Assembly: GCA_002269645.1 (NCBI GenBank)
Contig: NIVC01001459.1
Coordinates: 1-64,000, forward strand
From: Macrostomum lignano
Lineage: Eukaryota
Direction: 5' to 3'
Length of the DNA stretch: 64,000 nucleotides
Shown here: positions 1 to 31,594 of the stretch, in pieces
Position numbering within the stretch: the stretch's first letter is position 1
Layout: each line of letters starts with the position of its first letter
Notes under the pieces: model-generated
What the model was told of the DNA's origin: nothing
What the model saw: the letters and a program-made list of their open reading frames with translations, nothing else
The model's database searches: none
Position numbers and translations under genes: made by a program

Positions 1-415
1 TAGAGAGTGGGAGAAGTAGAGAAGTGGAGAAGTATGAGAATGGGAGAAGTAGAGAAGTGGAGAAGTAGAGAGGGGAGAAGTAGAGAAGTGGGGAAGTAGA
101 GAAGTGGAAAAGTAGAGAGTGGGAGAAGTAGAGAAGTGGGAGAAGCAGAGAGGGGAGAAGTAGAGAAGTGGGGAAGTAGAGAAGTTGGAGAAGTAGAGAA
201 GTGGGAGAAGTGGAGAAGTAGAGAAGTGGAGAAGTGGGGAAGTAGAGAAGTGGAGAAGTAGAGAAGTGGAGAAATGGAGAAAGTAGAGAAGTGGGAGAAG
301 CAGAGAGGGGAGAAGTAGAGAAGTGGAGAAGTAGAGAGTGGGAGAAGTAGAGAAGTGGAGAAGTAGAGAGTGGGAGAAGTAGAGAGGAGAAGTAGAAAAA
401 GGAGAGAAAGAGAGG
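1..415. repeat. Purine-rich minisatellite (about 16-17 bp, GGAGAAGTAGAGAAGT-like)
   Basis: Degenerate tandem copies visible from base 1. Confidence 0.9.
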
Positions 416-853
416 AACGTGAGATGAGAATTAGTGTGGTATGTAAGGTGAGAGAGTGCAGGCTATCAGCGAGAGCAGGTCAGTCAGTGAGTCACTGACA
501 GAGAGGAAGTAAAAAGTGTAAGTGGCGCGAGTCTGCAGCTGGCAGCCCTGGGCAGCTACGGGTTCGGCATTGCCATAAATTTCGCCTTATCACCGTAGGC
601 AGTGTGAGGCTCACGGGACTGGAAATGAATGAGCAGGGATGAGTTAGGAGTTGCGGTCTAGCGGTGAGTCCGCCTGCAGTTGCTTTATGCTGAGCGAGTT
701 GGTATTTCGGTCTCAGCACTGCCTGCCTGAGTTAGGCTGAATATAGGGCTGAGATACTCAGCAGTGTTAAAGTTTAATGCTGCTTTAATTTATGTTCATT
801 AATAGCATTAGCTTTCCACAATTCATTGATGAGCTTGCATGGCCTTAATTCTG

Positions 854-2330
<1,477 letters not shown>

Positions 2331-2441
2331 GTATCATCTATCCAATACAGTCCCTCTACTAAACTATTCAGTAGTAAGATAAGAGTTGTGTAGTTAAAAA
2401 AATCCTCAACGATAACCCAACCCGCCCTCCAATTTAACCAG

Positions 2442-2680
2442 GCGAGCCGCACGCAGCCGCTACATGTCTCTGCAGTCGGAGCGTCCCGAGCTCGATCCCC
2501 GGTCGGATGCAGCTGCTCCAGCATCATGGAAGAAGATCCGCTGCTTTCGCAACAGCAGCAGCAGCAGCAGCACGAGAACATTCCTTGACGCTTAGCGGCG
2601 CAGGCTGCAGCACCTTCAGCCGGCACCAGCACCATCAGCAGCCGGTGCTTAACTTGCTCGAGGACCCGCAGTTCAACCAG
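2442..2680 (+). CDS. Candidate upstream coding exon, possibly of the RhoGAP gene
   Basis: aaccag|GC acceptor, open frame (..PGRMQLLQHHG..QQPVLNLLEDPQFNQ), CAG|gtgaaa donor; GC-rich island between repeats; no recognisable domain. Confidence 0.35.
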
Positions 2681-2989
2681 GTGAAACTGGTTGGCCGCTC
2701 GCCAAATCGCTTGCCGCCAATCGCCGCAGCCGCTCGGCAACGCCCCAGCAACCGTTGCTAAGCAGTTTTGGCGGCAACCAGACCAGAACTCTGGCGGTGG
2801 CGGCGACGGCGCCGGCTCGGGAACTGCTGCGGTCTAACAGACGCCATGTGCTGTGAAATTCAGGACTTGATTGAGTTGATTCGTGCGACTAAGGGTTTTA
2901 GATATCATTTTTAGGTCGCGGTGACTGCAAATTACTGAGAGTTAAGGTGAGATTAAGGGAGATAGATGCATCTAGAGATAAGCGAAAAC

Positions 2990-3722
2990 TGTGGGAGATA
3001 AAGGGAGAGACAGTGAGGAGATGAAGGGAGAGCCAGGGAGAGATGAAGGGAGAGACAGTGAGAGATGAAGGGGAGACAGTGAGAGATGAAGGGAGAGACA
3101 GTAAGAGATGAAGGGAGAGACAGTGAAAGATAAAAGGAAAAAACAGTGAGAGATGAAGGGAGAGACAGTGAGAGATGAAGGGGAGAAAGAGGTGAAGGAA
3201 GAGACGGTTAGAGATGAAAGGAGATACAGTGAGAGATGAAGGGAGAGACAGTGAGAGATGAAGGAAGATAGAGTGAGAGATGAAGGAAGATAGAGTGAGA
3301 GATGAAGGAAGATAGAGTGAGAGATGAAGGGAGAGACAGTGAGAGATGAAGGGAGAGACAGTGAGAGATGAAGGGAGAGACAGTGAGAGATGAAGGAGAG
3401 ACAGTGAGAGATGAAGGGAGAGACAGTGAGAGATGAAGGGAGAGACAGTGAGAGATGAAGGGAGAGACAGTGAGAGATGAAGGGAGAGACAGTGAGAGAT
3501 GAAAGGAGAGACAGTGAGAGATGAAGGGAGAGACAGTGAGAGATGAAGGGAGAGACAGGGAGAGATGAAGGGAGAGAAAGAGGTGAAGGAAGAGACGGTT
3601 TAGAGATGAAAGGAGATACAGTGAGAGATGAAGGGAGAGACAGTGAAAGATAAAAGGAAAAAACAGTGAGAGATGAAGGGAGAGACAGGGAGAGATGAAG
3701 GGAGAGATAGAGATGAAGGAAG
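2990..3722. repeat. 22-bp minisatellite (GAGAGATGAAGGGAGAGACAGT)
   Basis: Tandem copies visible. Confidence 0.92.
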
Positions 3723-4504
3723 ACAATTTAGAAACATTTCCGAATTTAGCGCAGTCTCCCCTCATTTATAGTACTTACATGTATAAACCGCAATATTTTC
3801 CATTGTTTGAAAAAAAACAAAGCTATTTTTTGTTATAAAAAAGTAAATTTTCAAATTTTCATACCTATATACTCAAAACCGCTTTTCAAACTTGCTCTAA
3901 CAAAAATTTCAGTTTAATTTGCTTTTCTGCCCAAGTCTAAATTTTTCGCTTCTGCAAATGCTGCTACTAACAGTAATTGAATGTATTTTAATATTTTTAT
4001 TGTTGTCACTAATCTGTCTGTGAACAAAAACAGCTGCTTTTAACTTTCATGCCGAATTGTGAAACTAGAAAAAATTCGCCCCAGACTCACCTAAAAAAGC
4101 ATTTTTGTAAAGCCTTTGCATATAAGCGATTACTAAAACAGCATATCGCACTACTTAATCCTACTTCTATTTGATAGTAGTATAAAATGCGCATCAATAT
4201 TGTTCTATTTGTATTGTGCTAGCTTATTGGCAATAATTTCTTTGGAAAATGATTAAATTTTAGTTCAACTTAATTATGTGAATTAAGTGCATGTTTAATA
4301 TTCGAATTCTCTAAGCTTAATTTTATGAACTTTTTGTCACCGCGCGTTTAAAGTTTAACCAATACAAACTTTTAAATATACTGCCAATATAATGCTGACT
4401 CTGATACTGCAATAATTGCTTTTAACAGCTGCGTACCAGACTCTGCATGGAATAAAATATTTCCTTGCTATTAAAAGATTTTTTTCTTTTTTCTTTGCTC
4501 AAGG

Positions 4505-4710
4505 ACTCACGACTTGAGGGTTGTGGGTTCGATTCCCGATCCCACTGGAACAATTTGTGTCCCTGAGCAAGACACTTAACTCTGCATTGCTTCAGTTCAC
4601 CCAGCTGTAAAATGGGTGCCAGCATTAGCTGGGGTAATTGAGGCTGTGTGTGGCGACCCCCTCCAGTCTTTGGACTGAACAGCCGTACGCAGCCTTCAGA
4701 TGCGCTGCGC
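4505..4710 (+). mobile_element. tRNA-derived CORE-type SINE fragment
   Basis: B-box-like GGGTTCGATTCCC at about 4526, then TGTGTCCCTGAGCAAGACACTTAAC...CAGCTGTAAAATGGG, resembling the MIR/CORE domain (TGTGACCTTGGGCAAGTTACTTAAC...CATCTGTAAAATGGG). Confidence 0.7.
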
Positions 4711-4754
4711 AATAGCTGCGGCTGAGCTGTCGGTTGCACATCTGCCCATTAGTA

Positions 4755-5515
4755 GATCCTCAGATCCTCAAATCCTCAGATCCTCATCCTCAGATCCTCA
4801 AATTCCCTGATTCTCAAATTCTCAAATTCTCAGATCCTCAAATCCTCAGATTAATTAGTCCTCAAATCCTTAAATTCTCAAATTCTCAGATCCTCAAATC
4901 CTCAGATGCTCAAATCCTCAGATTAATTAGTCCTCAAATCCTTAAATTCTCAAATTCTCAGATCCTCAAATCCTCAGATCCTCAAATCCTCAGATGCTCA
5001 AATCCTCAAATTCTCAGATCTTCAGATCCTCAGATGCTCAAATCCTCAAATTCTCAGATCTTCAGATCCTCAGATGCTCAAATCCTCAAATTCTCAGATC
5101 TTCAAATCCTCAGATGCTCAAATCCTCAAATTCTCAGATCTTCAGATCCTCAGATGCTCAAATCCTCCAATTCTCAGATCCTCAAATTCTCAGATCTTCA
5201 GATCCTCAAATTCTCAGATCTTCAGATCCTCAGATGCTCAAATCCTCCAATTCTCAGATCCTCAAATCCTCAGATCCCCCAATACTCAAATCCTCAGATC
5301 CCCGAATTCTCAGATCCCCCAATACTCAAATCCTCAGATCCCCGAATTCTCAGATTCTCAAACTCTCACATCCTCATTCTCAGATCTCAAAATTCTCATC
5401 CTCAAATCCTTAGATGCATGAATCCTCAAATCCTCAAATTCTCAGATCCGCAATTGCTCAAATTCTTAGACCCTCAGATCCTCAGGTCTTTAGATTCTCA
5501 AATCCTCAATTTTTA
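4755..5515. repeat. Degenerate CTCAGATC/CTCAAAT(C/T) satellite
   Basis: Interleaved 8-bp subunits. Confidence 0.9.
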
Positions 5516-6049
5516 GAATTCTTCAGACCCCATGCTGATCTGCCAAACCCATTATATCCCAATTTTCTCCCAAGAATTATCCCGTCATTCATTTTCCTTG
5601 CGAGATTCCCCATTCCATTTTCACGACCCCATCGTTCATTCAGCCATGCAGTTTATCGTTGTGCCGGTTTTAAAGTGAATGGGATTCTATTCCCAAAGCG
5701 ATCAGACTCTGTTGCAGTTGTGGCAGAACTCTAAAAGTACACCACACACTGGCTCGCGCCTGCAGTGTGACATGGTTACTAAAAATTTTTTTCGCTCTAT
5801 CGAACTGAAACTCTGAACCAAACAGCGAGTCATGCCTCTCCCGCGCTCTGTGACAGCTCGGTAATACGCGAGTAGAAAATTTATGACTCAAAAATAACTG
5901 GAGCGAATCAAAAATGGGGTGCCGGCAGTCCAGTGTAGTGGAGCATGGACTTCAATCATTTGACTACTGTCACGACTGCATTGATCGGTATTGTGAATAA
6001 ATAGTCAAAGCTGTGTCAGATGCATCGATCGGTATTGTGAATAAATAGT

Positions 6050-7085
6050 CAAAGCTGTGTCAGATAGAGACATGATTTTGTGTCAGATAGAGCCTCATTT
6101 TGTGTCAGATAGAGCCTCATTTTGTGTCAGATAGAGCCTCATTGTGTCTGCAGATAGAGCCTCATTTTGTCTCAGATAGTGTCTCATTTTGTGTCAGATA
6201 GAGCCTCCTTTTGTGTCAGATAGAGCCTCATTTTGTGTCAGATAGTGTCACATTTTGTGTCAGATAGAGTTTCATTTTGTGTCAGATAGAGCCTCATTTT
6301 GTGTCAGATAGAGCCTCATTTTGTGTCAGATAGAGCCTCATTTTGTGTCAGATAGTGTCTCATTTTGTGAACGATAGAGCCTCATTTTGTGTCAGATAGT
6401 GTCACATTTTGTGTCAGATAGAGTTTCATTTTGTGTCAGATAGAGCCTCATTTTGTGTCAGATAGTGTCACATTTTGTGTCAGATAGAGTTTCATTTTGT
6501 GTCAGATAGAGCCTCATTTTGTGTCAGATAGAGCCTCATTTTGTGTCAGATAGAGCCTCATTTTGTGTCAGATAGTGTCTCATTTTGTGTCAGATAGAGC
6601 CTCATTTTGTGTCAGATAGAGCCTCATTTTGTGTCAGATAGTGTCACATTTTGTGTCAGATAGAGTTTCATTTTGTGTCAGATAGAGCCTCATTTTGTGT
6701 CAGATAGAGCCTAATTTTGTGTCAGATAGTGTCTCATTTTGTGTCCGATAGAGCCTCATTTTGTGTCAGATAGTGTCTCATTTTGTGTCAGATGGGGCCT
6801 CCTTTTGTGTCAGATAGAGCCTCATTTTGTGTCAGATAGAGCCTCATTTTGTGTCAGATAGAGCCTCATTTTGTGTCAGATAGAGCCTCATTTTGTGTCA
6901 GATAGAGCCTCATTTTGTGTCAGATAGAGCCTCATTTTGTGTCAGATAGAGCCTCATTTTGTGTCAGATAGAGCCTCATTTTGTGTCAGAGGGTAGGTTA
7001 TTTAAGTCAGATAGAGCCTCATTTTGTGTCAGATAGAGCCTCATTTTGTGTCAGAGGGATCGGTTATTTGTGTCAGATGGACCTA
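6050..7085. repeat. 22-bp minisatellite (TGTGTCAGATAGAGCCTCATTT)
   Basis: Many tandem copies. Confidence 0.95.
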
Positions 7086-8135
7086 TTACTTGTGTCAGAT
7101 AGAGGCATGACTTGTATCAGGAAATGAATAGTTTGTGTCAGATAACTGAATACCCGCTGCCAAACAGCTTCAATAACTTTGTCTCAGTGACAGAAGAATA
7201 CATGAAAACTTAGAAATGTTCAAGACTGCAAGCTCTCTATATGAGCTGTCAATCAAATTATAAGAATGGCATTCTCTAAGAGTCGCTCCTGCCCCCCCCG
7301 CAGTTTAAAAGTACAAGTCAACAAAAAGCTTCCAATACTTTCTACAGAGAATAAATTCTCCTCATTACTAAGTTGATTTCCTTTTAATCTCTTCTGATTA
7401 TGGGATCGCAGATCTATAAACAGAATGCTCGATAATTTGACTCTGCACTGCACTGTACTGTATTTGCGTGGAGGGTTCGGGTTCGGGCAGTTAGGGAGTT
7501 CTCCCCCAGGCACTGAGATGCATGCGACAGAAAAGTGTTGCGATGTGCAGCCAGTCGCGTTGATAGCAGTACAGGGGGACAGAATGTACACGCGCAGTAA
7601 CCCCCTTCTCGCCTTGAATCTTCCTAACCCTCCCGAGTTCCTCCCTTCTCGACTCAATCTAATCTCTCTCCCCTGAACTGTACATTGGAGAATCTATTTG
7701 AGAGGCTAGAATTTGAGTTGGAAGGGCGAGGGCCTGAAAATTCCTAATTCTCTATTCCCAATATAGTGAAGCTCCGTGTGTTTTTATAACTTGCTGCTTG
7801 GGCAGGTCAAACTGCAAAGTCAGAATATCTCTTGTAATAACTTGTTAAAAAGACGAGACTGAATTTGTGCGCGATTTGTTTAATTCTACATTCTCTTTTA
7901 TCTATAGAGAGGCGACGACAAACAGATAACTTCTTCCGGTGAGATTGCTGTTCTCTTTTATTGCTTTCGTATTTTCTTGCTGGTTGGCGAAAATTCTGCA
8001 CCGGAAATTGCTTTGAACTGCCGCGGTTGCTTGTTTGTGCAGACGGGAAGTAGGTAGAATAGAAGCGGTTAAACTACCTGTATAGGTATCCATTTGCCTG
8101 CATGGCAGTTTAGATATGCTATCTGTTTTGTGTGT

Positions 8136-8138
8136 CTG

Positions 8139-8189
<51 letters not shown>

Positions 8190-8190
8190 G

Positions 8191-8249
<59 letters not shown>

Positions 8250-8250
8250 G

Positions 8251-8325
<75 letters not shown>

Positions 8326-8328
8326 GTA

Positions 8329-8405
<77 letters not shown>

Positions 8406-8430
8406 GTGTCTGTCTGTGTGTCTGTCTGTG

Positions 8431-8477
<47 letters not shown>

Positions 8478-8490
8478 GTGTCTGTCTGTG

Positions 8491-8525
<35 letters not shown>

Positions 8526-8526
8526 G

Positions 8527-8613
<87 letters not shown>

Positions 8614-8626
8614 GTGTCTGTCTGTG

Positions 8627-8661
<35 letters not shown>

Positions 8662-8686
8662 GTGTCTGTCTGTCTGTCTGTCTGCC
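8136..8686. repeat. (TCTG)n microsatellite
   Basis: Direct observation. Confidence 0.98.
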
Positions 8687-8802
8687 CATGACTGTCCCGA
8701 TACTGTAAGCCCCTTCTCATTATCACCCATTATCTCATAGCCTGTTTCTCTTGCACCGCATTTTACAACAGGCTCTGATCACAATTGCAAATTGTAAAAC
8801 AG

Positions 8803-9183
8803 GTTCACTCCAGCCGCGGCAGGAGACCAGAGTTAACAGGGGCGGCAAGTGCGCAGAACAGCCCCACCTCTCCTCCCGATTCGCAATTTGCAGGTATTCA
8901 TGCAGATTGTGGAATTAAGATTGTGGACAGGTTTTGGCGCACGAGCGTCAAAGAAGACAAACAAAGTTTTTGTAGATGTGTGGGGTAGCGGGTCATTACA
9001 GGCAGGTCAGGCCTATAAAGTTTAGGTTTACCGCTGCGGCGGGACATGCACCAATAAGCAAGAACTGTTGTGACATTGTGCAATATTAATTGAACTTCAG
9101 TCTCCTAAAGTAAATTTTGTGATTGCCGAAGATTTTGCAAAAATGTCGCTCAGTGCGTCGCCTTTCTTGACTGGGCAGCCCAG
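8803..9183 (+). CDS. Two candidate small exons (8803-8893, 9111-9183) upstream of the RhoGAP exon at 10.06 kb
   Basis: AG/GT bounded. The chain 2680 (phase 0), 8803-8893 (phase 1), 9111-9183 (phase 2), 10066 stays open (VHSSRGRRPELTGAASAQNSPTSPPDSQFA|VNFVIAEDFAKMSLSASPFLTGQP|SVTTHS) if the AG at 10064-65 is used; no homology support. Confidence 0.3.
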
Positions 9184-9204
9184 GTGAGGTTCGCAATCCT
9201 CTGG

Positions 9205-10020
9205 ATTCAAGTCCCTCAGACCCCAAGGTCCCTCAGACGCTTATGTCCCTCAGACCCCAAGGTCCCTCAGACCCTCAGGTCCCTCAGACCCTCAGGTCCC
9301 TCAGACCCTCAGGTCCCTCAGACCCCAAGGTCCCTCAGACCCTCAGGTCCCTCAGACTCTCAGGTCCCTCAGACCCTCAGGTCCCTCAGACCCTCAGGTC
9401 CCTCAGACCCTAAGGTCCCTCAGACCCTCAGGTCCCTCAGACGCTCAGGTCCCTCAGACGCTCAGGTCCCTCAGACCCTCAGGTCCCTCAGACCCTCAGG
9501 TCCCTCAGACCCTCAGGTCCCTATGACTCTCAGGTCCCTCAGACCCTCAGGTCCCTCAGACCCTCAGGTCCCTCAGACCCTAAGGTCCCTCAGACCCTCA
9601 GGTCCCTCAGACGCTCAGGTCCCTCAGACCCTCAGGTCCCTCAGACCCTCAGGTCCCTCAGACCCTCAGGTCCCTAAGACCCTCAGGTCCCTATGACCCT
9701 CAGGTCCCTCAGACCCTCAGGTCCCTATGACCCTCAGGTCCCTCAGACCCTCAGGTCCCTCAGACCCTCAGGTCCCTCAGACCCTCAGGTCCCTCAGACC
9801 CTCAGGTCCCTCAGACCCTCAGGTCCCTCAGACCCTCAGGTCCCTCAGACCCTCAGGTCCCTCAGACCCTCAGGTCCGTCAGACCCTCAGGTCCCTCAGA
9901 CCCTCAGGTCCCTCAGACCCTCAGGTCCCTATGACCCTCAGGACCCTCAGACCCTTAAACTCCAAACCCTCAGACTCCGGACCCCCAGATTCTTCCAGAC
10001 CCTCAGACCCTCAGGTCCTC
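9205..10020. repeat. 17-bp minisatellite (CCCTCAGACCCTCAGGT)
   Basis: Tandem copies fill the intron up to the acceptor at 10060. Confidence 0.95.
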
Positions 10021-10060
10021 AAATTCTTAAATCTTCAGGGCCTCAGACTCTTACTCTCAG

Positions 10061-27392
<17,332 letters not shown>

Positions 27393-27549
27393 GAGTTCAC
27401 TGATTCATTGGCAGAAATAATTAACACACGAGCTATTTACTATTCTTTTGAATTTTGAAATCAGCTGAGGACCTTTGCGAGATGTGGGTTAAAAGAGATC
27501 TATAGGCCATGAAATTGAATACTTTATATCGATTGAGACTAGACCAGAA

Positions 27550-27845
27550 GACAGAAGGAGAGGAGAGGAGAGGGAGAGAAGAGAGGAGAGGAGAGAGGAG
27601 AAGAGAGGAGAGAAGAGAAGAGAAGAGAGGGGAGGAGAGAGGAGAGGAGAGAGGAGAAGAGAGAAGAGAAGAGAAGAGAAGAGAGGGGAGGAGAGAGGAG
27701 AGGAGAGGAGAGGAGAGGAGAGGAGAGGAGAGGAGAGGAGAGGGAGGAGAGGAGAGGAGATGAGAGGAGAAAGGAGGAAAGAAAAGGAGGGGAGCGGAGA
27801 GGAGAGGAGACGGAGGAGAGGAGAGAGGATAGAAGAGGGGAGAGT
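27550..27845. repeat. GAGAG/GAGAA pentamer-type purine tract
   Basis: Direct observation. Confidence 0.9.
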
Positions 27846-28544
27846 GCAAGCAGACAAAGGCAGACAGTGCAAAACAGCCACACTTACATGCAAGTAGTCC
27901 GTGGTCAGCCACCTCACAGATCAGTATCACAGAGTTAGAAACTATTATTAGAAAACGTGGAAACCCCCAAAACCAGAGACAGTTGCTGATTAGGAAAATA
28001 TTTATTGAATTTCACCAACTACCAGTGCGTATCGCTCTAATTATTGTTTTTATTGAACTGCATAACCTCTGTGCAATCTGTCTGGCTAATTTTGCTTCCA
28101 GTTCCGCGAGTCTGTCACACTGCCAGCATAGTCATTTTTTTCGCTTTTAAAATAAATAAATTCGAAATTTAACAGACCGACAATCCTCTGCTGCAATAAT
28201 CATAGTTTTTGCAACTCACAATATCGCTGAATTTCTCTGTGTAAATAACAGCTTGCATAGTTGCCAATAATGAGATATATTACATTATATAACATTTAAA
28301 ACTGTTAAGATTTTTATTTATTTACCGGTAGGAAAACATTTTTATTGTTTTTTTCCTGAAACCAAATTCTGCTTTTTATAGAAAAGACGTGCTTTAATCA
28401 AGTTTAAGTACCGCTTTATACTACTAAGCTAGTTCGTGTCAAGTAGTATTTGCGCCTCAAGATTTACTCGTTAATTAATAAATAAATATTAATTATTTTT
28501 GTTCTCATCAATTCCAACGGTAACGCCTGTTCTCTGTGAGTCTT

Positions 28545-29865
28545 ACATTTGTCCTGTCAATGTCCTCTCTGTGTCCTGCCAATGTCCTCCCTGTGTCCTG
28601 CCAATGTCTTCCCTGTGTCCTTCCAATGTCCTCCAGCTGTGTCCTTCCAATGTCCTCCCTGTGTCCTTCCAATGTCCTTCTGTGTCCTTCCAAAGTCCTC
28701 CCTGTGTCCTTCCAATGTCCTCCTTGTGCCCTTCCAATGTCCTCTCTGTGCCCTTCCAATGTCCTCTCTGTGTCCTTCCAATGTCCTCTCTGTGTCCTTC
28801 CAATGTCCTCTCTGTGTCCTGCCAATGTCCTCCCTGTGTCCTTCCAATGTCCTTCTGTGTCCTTCCAAAGTCCTCTCTGTGTCCTTCCAATATCCTCCCT
28901 GTGTCCTGCCAATGTCCTCCAGCTGTGTCCTGCCAATGTCCTCCCTGTGTCCTTCCAATATCCTCCCTGTGTCCTTCCAATATCCTCCCTGTGTCCTGCC
29001 AATGTCCTCCCTGTGTCCTTCCAATGTCCTCCCTGTGTCCTTCCAATATCCTCCCTGTGTCCAGCCAATGTCCTCCCTGTGTCCTGCCAATGTCCTCCCT
29101 GTGTCCTTCCAATGTCCTCCCTGTGTCCTGCCAATATCCTCCCTGTGTCCTGCCAATATCCTCCGTGTCCTGCCAATGTCCTCCAGCTGTGTCCTGCCAA
29201 TGTCCTCCCTGTGTCCTACCAATTTCCTCCCTGTGTCCTACCAATTTCCTCCCTGTGTCCTTCCAATGTCCTTCTGTGTCCTTCCAAAGTCCTCCCTGTG
29301 TCCTTCCAATGTCCTCCTTGTGTCCTTCCAATGTCCTCTCTGTGTCCTTCCAATGTCCTCCCTGTGTCCTTCCAATATCCTCCCTGTGTCCTTCCAATAT
29401 CCTCCCTGTGTCCTTCCAATATCCTCCCTGTGTCCTGCCAATGTCATCCAGCTGTGTCCTGCCAATGTCCTCCCTGTGTCCTACCAATTTCCTCCCTGTG
29501 TCCTTCCAATGTCCTTCTGTGTCCTTCCAAAGTCCTCCCTGTGTCCTTCCAATGTCCTCCTTGTGTCCTTCCAATGTCCTCTCTGTGTCCTTCCAATGTC
29601 CTCCCTGTGTCCTTCCAATATCCTCCCTGTGTCCTTCCAATATCCTCCCTGTGTCCTGCCAATGTCCTCCAGCTGTGTCCTGCCAATGTCCTCCCTGTGT
29701 CCTGCCAATGTCCTCCAGCTGTGTCCTGCCAATGTCCTCCCTGTGTCCTGCCAATGTCATCCCTGTGTCCTGCCAATGTCCTCCCTGTGTCCTTCCAATA
29801 TCCTCCCTGTGTCCTTCCAATATCCTCCCTGTGTCCAGCCAATGTCCTCCCTGTGTCCTGCCAGT
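28545..29865. repeat. About 22-bp minisatellite (GTGTCCTTCCAATGTCCTCCCT)
   Basis: Tandem copies with higher-order variants. Confidence 0.95.
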
Positions 29866-30084
29866 GCCATACCCGTGTCATTTCTGTGTGCCTTCCAGTG
29901 TCATCTTTTAAGTTATCTGGCATACACGTGTCATTCCTCTCATACCTGTGTCATCCTTACGTAGTTTTGGGAGTTTGTGAACTCCAGTATAATTAAACTA
30001 AGTTAATCTAATGAAAATCAGAACATAAAAAGAGTCTAATAAACAGTCGAAGTTCTCACGCACTGGCTCTGGGAAGTGAGCTAG

Positions 30085-30255
30085 AGGACGAGAGGGGAGA
30101 GGAGGAAAGGAGGGGAGTGGAGAAGAGGGGAGCGGAGAGGAGGGGAGAAAGGAGGAGAGGAGGGGAGCGGAGAGGAGGTGGGCGAAGAGGAGAGGAGAGG
30201 AGGGGAGAAGAGAAGAGAGAGGGGAGGAGAGGAGAGGAGAGGAGGGGAGATGAAA
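30085..30255. repeat. GA-rich tract
   Basis: Direct observation. Confidence 0.85.
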
Positions 30256-30829
30256 GAAAAATGGGAGAAAAATACAACACTAATACACAGGATGAATCCC
30301 ATTCATGCCAAAGTATCCTCAATGACTTGATGACGTCAACAATGATGAATCCTGAAGACCCGGTTAGTGACATGTCCCTTTTATCACGGAAATTGGTGAA
30401 GACCAAAAAAAAACAAAAAAACAAGAAAACTTCTCAACTTCTCAAAAATTTTAAGATTTTGCAAACCACAAAAGTTTTGCTGAATAAAAAAAGTGTACAA
30501 AAACGCTAAGTTGATCGTGTAAAATTGTGTATTTTTATAACTTCTACTGGCCTTTATAAATAGAAAAAAGCAAATCATCTATACAACTTCATATTTTTAT
30601 CAATGTAATGTATACATAAAGTTGATGAACCTGTAAACAATAAAATACGCGTTTTCTTCTACTGACAGTAGCAATATAAGATTTTTGAAATAGAAATTTA
30701 TATGGAAGACAATAGATTTTAAAAATATTTATAAAAGAAACTATGCATAACTAAGGAACGTATTCGTATTATTTTTTAGGCCAAATACGGAGAGAGAATG
30801 TTGTAAATACTACTTTCATATTGCTAACG

Positions 30830-31535
30830 CGTGATAGATAAGGAGATGGGGTGTTAGATAAGCAGATGGGGTGTTAGATAAGCAGATAGGGTGTTAGATA
30901 ATCAGATGGGGTGTTAGATAAGCAGATGGGGTGTTAGATAATCAGACGGGGTGTTAGGTAAGCAGATGGGGTGTTAGATAATCAGACGGGGTGTTAGATA
31001 ATCAGATGGGGTGTTAGATAAGCAGATGGGGTGTTAGATAAGCAGATGGGTGTTAGATAATCAGACGGGGTGTTAGGTAAGCAGATAGGGTGTTAGATAA
31101 TCAGATGGGGTGTTAGATAAGCAGATGGGGTGTTAGATAAGCAGATGGGTGTTAGATAATCAGACGGGGTGTTAGGTAAGCAGATAGGGTGTTAGATAAG
31201 CAGATGGGGTGGTAGATAAGCAGATGGGTGTTAGATAATCAGACGGGGTGTTAGGTAAGCAGATAGGGTGTTAGATAATCAGATGGGGTGTTAGATAAGC
31301 AGATGGGGTGTTAGATAAGCAGATGGGTGTTAGATAATCAGACGGGGTGTTAGGTAAGCAGATAGGGTGTTAGATAAGCAGATGGGGTGGTAGATAAGCA
31401 GATGGGGTGTTAGATAAGCAGATGGGTGTTAGATAATCAGACGGGGTGTTAGGTAAGCAGATAGGGTGTTAGATAAGCAGATGGGGTGGTAGATAAGCAG
31501 ATGGGGTGTTAGATAAGCAGATGGGATGTTAGATA
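30830..31535. repeat. 20-bp minisatellite (GATAAGCAGATGGGGTGTTA)
   Basis: Tandem copies. Confidence 0.95.
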
Positions 31536-31594
31536 ATCGGCTTATTGCTCCAGTAAAATCGCTACAAAAGTTCCAAAGAAGTATGCGAAAGGTT

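Noticed and set aside
4520-4545. tRNA gene
   Set aside because: Only a B-box, followed by the SINE core; no cloverleaf.
7470-7500. Interstitial telomere
   Set aside because: Only one TTAGGG plus GGGTTC units; too short.
7902-8740. TDRQ/VCLS ORFs on both strands
   Set aside because: (TCTG)n artefact.
28499-29996. Cys/Pro-rich 470-aa ORFs
   Set aside because: 22-bp satellite that is open in nearly all frames.
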